This document shows positions 58,146 to 64,000 of a stretch of DNA of 64,000 bases, in pieces (position 1 is the first letter of the stretch; every line of letters begins with the position of its first letter). A program made the position numbers and the translations under genes. The DNA is from Candidatus Melainabacteria bacterium 17Bon1m. Its GTDB lineage: Bacteria; Cyanobacteriota; Vampirovibrionia; Obscuribacterales; Obscuribacteraceae. The notes below the pieces were generated by a model. The model saw only the letters and a program-made list of their open reading frames with translations, was not told the DNA's origin and did not search any database. The DNA lies in assembly GCA_032128875.1 (NCBI GenBank), contig JAVLKG010000001.1, positions 1,017,453 to 1,081,452 on the forward strand, given 5' to 3'.

Positions 58146-60932
58146 CTACAGCATTTCAGAGGGCAGGGGCGGTATCTGAGGGATTTGTTGCCCTGTCAGC
58201 GGGTTCGTCAAGTAGGAGCCTGATTGGCCAAGGTCGGTAACCGGCAACGGGGTTCGTAGTTGGAATTCTCCCGCCAGCCCCGGCACTTCACCATTGCGAC
58301 TACTCGGCTCGCGCCAGTCCCCGTCGGGAATACTGACCGGTTCTCCCATGCTGCCTTCACTTCTCGTTGAAATTAAGTCCCGCAGGACCACCGACCAGCT
58401 TACTTTCGGCTCCGCACCTGTTTTCACTGCATTAGGGCAGTAGTAAACCATCTGCCCGGCGGGTATTCGAATATTTCCGAAGGCATAGTCTTTGAACGCG
58501 AGCAGTGCTTCGACTGGCTTTGAAGCGTTTTCCTTAGCGGCGTCAGCAGATGCTTTCTTCGCTGCTTCTGTTTTCGCTTCCGTTCGAGATTTGCGTTTTT
58601 CAGCTGTTTCGACCAGAGCATTGGAATCAATAACGAAAGTCACTTTGGTCCAACTTGGGATTTCTCGTGGCTGCAGCCAGTATAGTTTGAGCGGCAGACC
58701 TTCCACAAAAATGGTCCTGCTGCCTGTCTCCAGAAGATCATTCGCTTCCGCGACCAGGTGCATATCGGGATTGGTCCAGTCCGAAATCAGCTCTCCTTTT
58801 ACCGGTTTTTGCGGTTGTGGAACGGACTCGAGGCGTCGGCGCCTTTCCTCTTCTGTCAGCAAAAATTCTTCTTCTTGAATGGGCACCGGTTGCGGCAGAA
58901 AGACGAAACGCCCACCCAGGAGGAAGCCTCCTGAGGGAGCCTGAGTGCGTGCCAGCCCGTTGACTAAAATTTGATTTGAGTGAGTGCAGAGATCGTAAGT
59001 TGTGATGCCAATTTTGTTTGCGTTGAGCGAAACAAGCCTGGCCGTTTCATTCAGCTTTCTGTAACGGTCGCGCTGATCTTTGTCTTTGATGAGCAGCTCT
59101 TTTAGCTCTTCCAGTCTGTCTTTCGCAAGATTGTACTGGCGCAGATTCTCGCTGTCTTTTGGTTTGAGCGGACCATTTGCTTTCTTCGAGTTATCCGGGT
59201 CGAATGGCATTTGAGTGCGAATGCGATGCATTCTGGCAGACACCGAAGTGAGCTCTTGGCGCTCGAAATACATCTTTTGATCGAGTTCTCGCAGGGATGC
59301 TTTGGCGCGATTCACCATTTGCTTTGATGTTTCCAGAGACTCTAGTGCGGCAAGATTCGTCTCGTACACTGCTGATAGAAAATCTTTGAGCAACTGCTTG
59401 TCGAATCTGTCTTTGCCGGACAGCACGCACTTTCCATTGGCATCAACAACAAGGGGCAGTGATGAAGACGGCGGAATCTTGTTGCGCGCGATGCGCTGGT
59501 CGCGAATGGCGAAGCAATGACTCAGCGCAAGCTGCCCCGGACCGTCGGGGTTTGTTTGATTCAGCAGAGCATATTCTCTTGAGCCTGTATCGGCTGCCAG
59601 ACAGCTGTTTGCCTGATTCATCGCGCTGTCGATTGATGCAGTTTTGATCGCTTGGGCAAATTGCTGGTTCATCATTTTCGTAAAATTTGCCGGTTCGACG
59701 AGCGGCCCCATTTGCTTTAGCCAGTCGTAGAGAGCATGAGCGAGAGCGCTGCCTGGAGAGAGACCGCCCGAGATTGTCTCCATCGGTGGCGCAAGACTAC
59801 CTTTGCCAGGCACTTCCGTTCCGACGACTTGTTGCCATTCTCCTTGTCCTGTCCAGGCTTTGAAATTCAAGATGTCGGAAAGACACCCGAATTGATTGGG
59901 TTTTCCCTGAGGAAAATTGACCACGAATGCTGATGACCTGGGGTATGCTGGCTCGCCTCCAACCACTGCACATGCGGTTTTTATGACTTTCTCTTTCGTC
60001 CCCTTCTCTTTCGTGCGCTCGTAAATGACGTCGAGTTGCACTGCCCATGGTGCAGTTCCGTGGCTGCCTGGCTTAAACCAAGCTGGCTCTATAATTCTTG
60101 TTGAGCGCGGTTGACCGAGAAAAGTAACCGTCTGCCCATCAGGCATGGGGACTGGAATTCCTGAGCGGTACTGTCCGTCTTTTACAAAGTCTTTGCCGCT
60201 GTCTTCCAGAGGCGCAAATGTTTGCGTGCTCAGTCGACCAGCCTCCACCGAGCCAAGGGTGAGCCGAACGTCTACAAGATTAGGACCTCTGCCTTTCACA
60301 TCTTCAGAAAGAAGTCGAGACACTTCCTGCAAAATAGAATCGCCTTCGTTGTTCGAATCAGCACTGCTATCTGGCTCACTGTCGGTGCCTGTCAGTTGTC
60401 TTGCCACTCTTTCAGGCTGCTCCGACATGCTCGGATCTTGCACTGGCACTTGCTCAATTGCGGAGAACATACGCCGGGTAAGCTCTGCTTCTAACTGTTT
60501 TGCAATCTTGAAATCGCGCTTGCTTAGCTCAATAAGAGCCGGACTATTCAATTTTTGAGCAATCAAAGCATCTACACGCAACGTTGCATAGAGCGAATTC
60601 AAGCCGATCACGCGAGGATGTCTTTTCCTTTCGGTGTACGAAAGCTCCTGTGGTGGCGCCGTATCGACTAATCCCACCTTGCCGATAGAAGGATGCGAAG
60701 CGGTGATTTCAGATAGTGAGCGCGCCGCCAGGTACACAGCACGATCAACCGAATTGGAATCCTTGTGCTGCTGATTGAGCGTGCAAACTGCAAAAACGTA
60801 CAATGCCACAATGACGCTGCCGACAAATGTGGCAGCGACAAGAAGGGTCGTGTGCTGTACGTCCTTACGCACAACCTTCGCTTTCGTGTCGGGCTTAGTA
60901 AGTTCTGCAGTCATACTTTCCTTCTTCCCCAT
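58146..60932 (-). CDS. Large membrane-anchored hypothetical protein (possible TadG/pseudopilin-like N-terminus, central coiled coil)
   Basis: Single N-terminal TM followed by VDRAVYLAARSL helix; 928-aa open frame. Confidence 0.65.
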   Translation of the reverse strand: MGKKESMTAELTKPDTKAKVVRKDVQHTTLLVAATFVGSVIVALYVFAVCTLNQQHKDSNSVDRAVYLAARSLSEITASHPSIGKVGLVDTAPPQELSYTERKRHPRVIGLNSLYATLRVDALIAQKLNSPALIELSKRDFKIAKQLEAELTRRMFSAIEQVPVQDPSMSEQPERVARQLTGTDSEPDSSADSNNEGDSILQEVSRLLSEDVKGRGPNLVDVRLTLGSVEAGRLSTQTFAPLEDSGKDFVKDGQYRSGIPVPMPDGQTVTFLGQPRSTRIIEPAWFKPGSHGTAPWAVQLDVIYERTKEKGTKEKVIKTACAVVGGEPAYPRSSAFVVNFPQGKPNQFGCLSDILNFKAWTGQGEWQQVVGTEVPGKGSLAPPMETISGGLSPGSALAHALYDWLKQMGPLVEPANFTKMMNQQFAQAIKTASIDSAMNQANSCLAADTGSREYALLNQTNPDGPGQLALSHCFAIRDQRIARNKIPPSSSLPLVVDANGKCVLSGKDRFDKQLLKDFLSAVYETNLAALESLETSKQMVNRAKASLRELDQKMYFERQELTSVSARMHRIRTQMPFDPDNSKKANGPLKPKDSENLRQYNLAKDRLEELKELLIKDKDQRDRYRKLNETARLVSLNANKIGITTYDLCTHSNQILVNGLARTQAPSGGFLLGGRFVFLPQPVPIQEEEFLLTEEERRRRLESVPQPQKPVKGELISDWTNPDMHLVAEANDLLETGSRTIFVEGLPLKLYWLQPREIPSWTKVTFVIDSNALVETAEKRKSRTEAKTEAAKKASADAAKENASKPVEALLAFKDYAFGNIRIPAGQMVYYCPNAVKTGAEPKVSWSVVLRDLISTRSEGSMGEPVSIPDGDWREPSSRNGEVPGLAGEFQLRTPLPVTDLGQSGSYLTNPLTGQQIPQIPPLPSEML

Positions 60933-60997
60933 TTGATAACATGCACACTAGACGTCATGAAAGATGAGGAATAAGGAGAGAGATTCTCCTGATAAAA

Positions 60998-62008
60998 ATG
61001 GTCACTCGCAAGGGAATCTCCAGGTTAAAACGTCCGGTTGCCGGTTCGCCGAGCCGCAATATTGCTCGCTATACGGCGCTAAACTCTTTGACTTGCTGGA
61101 TTGCTGCATCTGCTCTTAGTTTTTTTTATCAGCCCGCATTATCCGCCCCTGTGCCGAAAAGCAGCGTATCTTCACTGGCTCTGGATTTGCAGAAAGTGGA
61201 CGAGCTTACGGAAGCGCGCAGCTTTTACAAGGCACGGAAGGTTTTAGAACCCTTGCTGGCTGCACATCCCAAGGATTCACAGGTGCACAAATGCGCGGGT
61301 CGGTTGTTCGCGAAAATGGGGCTTTTGCCTCGCGCGATTGATGAATACAACACGGTCGTGGCGCTCGAGCCCACCAATTTATCGGCATATATCGAACTTT
61401 CCAAAGCTTACATGGCGCGTGAAGATTTCAATCATGCCATGGTCTTTGCGCGGGAGGCTCTGAAGATCAATCCGAAAGCGTCCGAAGCAAGGCTGCTCCT
61501 TGTTCGCATTCTTATGGCGAAGAGCTTGTTGCTGGAGGCTGAGCAAGAACTGCAAAGACTTTTGCGCGGAGATCCGAATGATGCACAAGTGCATTTTATG
61601 GCGGCGAACATCTACCGAGAACGCGGTGAAGGGGCTCTGGCTCTTACTCACATTGAGAAAGCAATTCAGCTAAATCCGCAAAAGCATGATTGGCTACTTG
61701 AGAAAAGCGATATTTGCACGCTTCTTAATCGCCATGATGATGCGAAGGCGTCGCTGGAAAAGTTATTGCAGTATGAACCAGATTCGGTTGAAGGGCTAAA
61801 CAGGCTGGCTCGCGTCAAAGAGAATTCTTTTCGCGACTACGATGGAGCAATGGAATGCTACAAGCGAGTGCTTTCAATTGACCCTGACTCCGTAACGGCA
61901 TTGGCAGGAATTGAGCGCCTCAAGTCAAAGAAAAATGACCTGGCTGGATTGTGGAAACATCAGTTGAAGACCAATCTCTCGAAGCTGATGAACAAATCGA
62001 AGAATTGA
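60998..62008 (+). CDS. Secreted TPR protein
   Basis: Signal-like segment; repeated TPRs (ALKINP, AIQLNP, VLSIDPD). Confidence 0.85.
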   Translation: MVTRKGISRLKRPVAGSPSRNIARYTALNSLTCWIAASALSFFYQPALSAPVPKSSVSSLALDLQKVDELTEARSFYKARKVLEPLLAAHPKDSQVHKCAGRLFAKMGLLPRAIDEYNTVVALEPTNLSAYIELSKAYMAREDFNHAMVFAREALKINPKASEARLLLVRILMAKSLLLEAEQELQRLLRGDPNDAQVHFMAANIYRERGEGALALTHIEKAIQLNPQKHDWLLEKSDICTLLNRHDDAKASLEKLLQYEPDSVEGLNRLARVKENSFRDYDGAMECYKRVLSIDPDSVTALAGIERLKSKKNDLAGLWKHQLKTNLSKLMNKSKN

Positions 62009-62016
62009 CTTTACCT

Positions 62017-62083
62017 GTAGGGGAGGCGCATGCGCTTCCCTTACAAAAGAAAAAAAAAGAGGGCGCATGCAATGCGCCCCCAC
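62017..62083. repeat. Inverted REP doublet
   Basis: GTAGgggaggcgcatgcgcttccc and gggcgcatgcaatgcgcccCCAC separated by an A tract. Confidence 0.8.
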
Positions 62084-62118
62084 GAATTTCTATTTGATAG
62101 GTCGATGCGTTTGGCTAA

Positions 62119-63444
62119 TTATGTGCTGCGGGTGAGAACTCGCTTCGGTCCGTGGATCGGATCTTCAATGACGATTGTTTGGTCACGCTGAGGTCCGACA
62201 CTGACGATGGCGATGGATACATCGAGTTCGTCTGCCAGGAAGTCGAGATACTTGCGGGCTTCTACAGGCAGATCCTTGTAGCTGCGGCATTCGCTTGTCG
62301 AGCTCTTCCAGCCTTTGAAGGTTTCGTATATCGGCTCCATGTTTTTGAAGGAGGCGCCGATAGAAGGAAGTTCCTTGAATGTCTCGCCTGTGGTTTTGTC
62401 TCTGTAGGCGTTGCAAATCTTGATTTCGTCGAACTCATCGAGAACGTCAAGCTTGGTGATAGCGAGGCAGTCGAGTCCGTTGATTCTTACTGAATAACGT
62501 CCGAGCACTGCGTCGAACCAACCGCAACGACGCGGACGACCGGTCGTTACGCCGACTTCAGCCCACGCTTTACCGATTTGGCGGAGCATGTCGCCGACTT
62601 CACCTTCTTGTTCTGTCGGGAAAGGACCTTCGCCAACGCGGGTCATATAGGCTTTCGATACACCGATGACGCGGTCAATGATTGTCGGTCCGATACCGGC
62701 GCCGATGCAAGCCCCGCCTGCAGTCGGGCTTGAGCTGGTGACGTAAGGGTAGCTGCCGTGATCGAGATCGAGCAGGGTTCCTTGAGCACCTTCAAACAAA
62801 ATGTTTTTCTTCTGTCCGACCGAGTTGAAAATGATGGCTGCGGTGTCGGAAACATACTTAGCCATGCGCTGTCCGTATTCATAGTATTGAGTAAATACTT
62901 CTTCTACTTTCAGCGGCGGCAAATTGTAGAGACGTTCCAAAATAACGTTCTTTCTTGGGATCATCCATTCCAGTTTGGAGCGCAAAACCTTCTCATCGAG
63001 CAGGTCTTCAACACGGATACCAGAACGTGCGCATTTGTCTGCGTATGTCGGTCCGATACCACGCTTGGTGGTACCGATTTTTTGATCGCCGCGTGAATCT
63101 TCTTCGGCTGCGTCAATCATCAGGTGATATGGCATCGTAACGTGCGCGGTGGTTGAGACTCTCAGCTTATCTACGCTAATCAAATTGCCTAGAGCTTCCA
63201 CTTCAGAGAGGAAACGCTCTGGGTCGATTACCATGCCAGGACCCATGATGCAGGTCTTCTGGTACAAAGCACCGGATGGGATCAGGTGGAACTTGTATGT
63301 TTCACCATCGACAACGACTGTGTGTCCGGCATTGCAACCGCCTTGATAGCGGACAACTACATCGGCGTTTTTGGCGAGAAGGTCGGTAACTTTAGCCTTA
63401 CCTTCATCTCCGAACTGTGCGCCTACAACTATTACGTTAGCCAC
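62119..63444 (-). CDS. purA: Adenylosuccinate synthetase
   Basis: [48 protein letters not shown]. Confidence 0.99.
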   Translation of the reverse strand: MANVIVVGAQFGDEGKAKVTDLLAKNADVVVRYQGGCNAGHTVVVDGETYKFHLIPSGALYQKTCIMGPGMVIDPERFLSEVEALGNLISVDKLRVSTTAHVTMPYHLMIDAAEEDSRGDQKIGTTKRGIGPTYADKCARSGIRVEDLLDEKVLRSKLEWMIPRKNVILERLYNLPPLKVEEVFTQYYEYGQRMAKYVSDTAAIIFNSVGQKKNILFEGAQGTLLDLDHGSYPYVTSSSPTAGGACIGAGIGPTIIDRVIGVSKAYMTRVGEGPFPTEQEGEVGDMLRQIGKAWAEVGVTTGRPRRCGWFDAVLGRYSVRINGLDCLAITKLDVLDEFDEIKICNAYRDKTTGETFKELPSIGASFKNMEPIYETFKGWKSSTSECRSYKDLPVEARKYLDFLADELDVSIAIVSVGPQRDQTIVIEDPIHGPKRVLTRST

Positions 63445-63548
63445 CGGTTTCGCCTCTCAAATTAGTGTGAAAACACGACGAATCACGCCCCGAAAAAGGG
63501 CTTGGTCAGTGCGGGAGGGCCCTTAACGCTTCACATGGGCAGCCGCTT

Positions 63549-63590
63549 TTAGACCTCAGATAGTCTAAGATACTCGCCAAGAGCTGTCAA
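63549..63590 (-). promoter_or_regulatory. Sigma70 promoter of purA with overlapping inverted repeat
   Basis: TTGACA (63590-63585), 17 bp, TAGACT (63567-63562); inverted repeat TTAGAC..GTCTAA over the -10/TSS. Confidence 0.65.
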
Positions 63591-63722
63591 ACACTTGATT
63601 GCGCATGCGAAGTTAAGTATTTCTTCGCTGCAGTCTGCAGGCTGGAAAGGTCACCGCAGCAAGGTTCTAGTACACTTTGATAGACTTCTCTTTCGTGTAT
63701 TTCTATATCTGAGTTTTCGGAA

Positions 63723-64000
63723 ATGCCCGCAGATACGCACCAGACAAACATATTCGATAGACATCTTTCCGGGCGTCAACGACTGGCCGTTGAGCTTCTG
63801 ACCGGTGCTCTCACTAAAGGAAGATTGGCAAATGCTTATCTTCTTACTGGCCGCATTATCGATGATAAATGGCAACTGGCAAAGCAAATGGCAGCATTCC
63901 TCAACTGCGAGCGGACGCGCTCGTACTGGCAAAATGCGCAGTCTGAGAATCAGCCTGTTCAAAATCTATTAGGGTTGCCGATTGGCGACGAAGTTTTTCA
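63723..64000 (+). CDS. holB: DNA polymerase III subunit delta' (3' partial; not in the ORF track)
   Basis: Own translation: MPADTHQ...QRLAVELLTGALTKGRLANAYLLTGRIIDDKWQLAKQMAAFLNC, a clamp-loader N-terminus with degenerate Walker A. Confidence 0.75.
   Translation, partial: MPADTHQTNIFDRHLSGRQRLAVELLTGALTKGRLANAYLLTGRIIDDKWQLAKQMAAFLNCERTRSYWQNAQSENQPVQNLLGLPIGDEVF

Noticed and set aside
63651-63962. 103-aa minus-strand ORF from the track
   Set aside because: Shadow of the plus-strand holB 5' fragment starting at 63723.

Overview
Chromosomal window of roughly 50% GC. It is most likely from a non-photosynthetic Cyanobacteriota relative (Melainabacteria/Vampirovibrionia, Obscuribacterales-like). 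This is an inference from cyanobacteria-like housekeeping proteins and the many secreted TPR, WG-repeat and pilin-like proteins. Housekeeping genes are an Uup-like ABC-F, truC, corA, pyrG, gatC, polA, purA and holB. No rRNA, tRNA, CRISPR array, transposase or prophage structural gene was seen. Main observations: (1) An ECF-sigma-like promoter motif, GGAAC-N17-GTC, recurs in front of a general-stress gene cluster (33.0-39.9 kb) and one distant gene. (2) Two more copies lie on the minus strand with no downstream gene, each followed by a shared TAACTCA heptamer and a hairpin; these are candidate sibling stress sRNAs. (3) A GH14 beta-amylase with intact catalytic motifs is fused to a ~450-aa unknown N-terminal region, next to a DUF6745 gene pair and near a maltose/sucrose-type MFS transporter. 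(4) There is a secreted PDZ-PDZ-anthrax-lethal-factor/PPEP-like zinc protease. (5) A PafA-like phosphatase has lost most catalytic residues. (6) There is a W-R-x-x-Y-G-x-D-V repeat, prion-like protein. (7) A 4x22-bp tandem array overlaps a TetR stop codon. (8) A dispersed GT(A/G)G-headed REP-like palindrome family fills intergenic gaps. All family assignments come from motif recognition by eye, not database searches.
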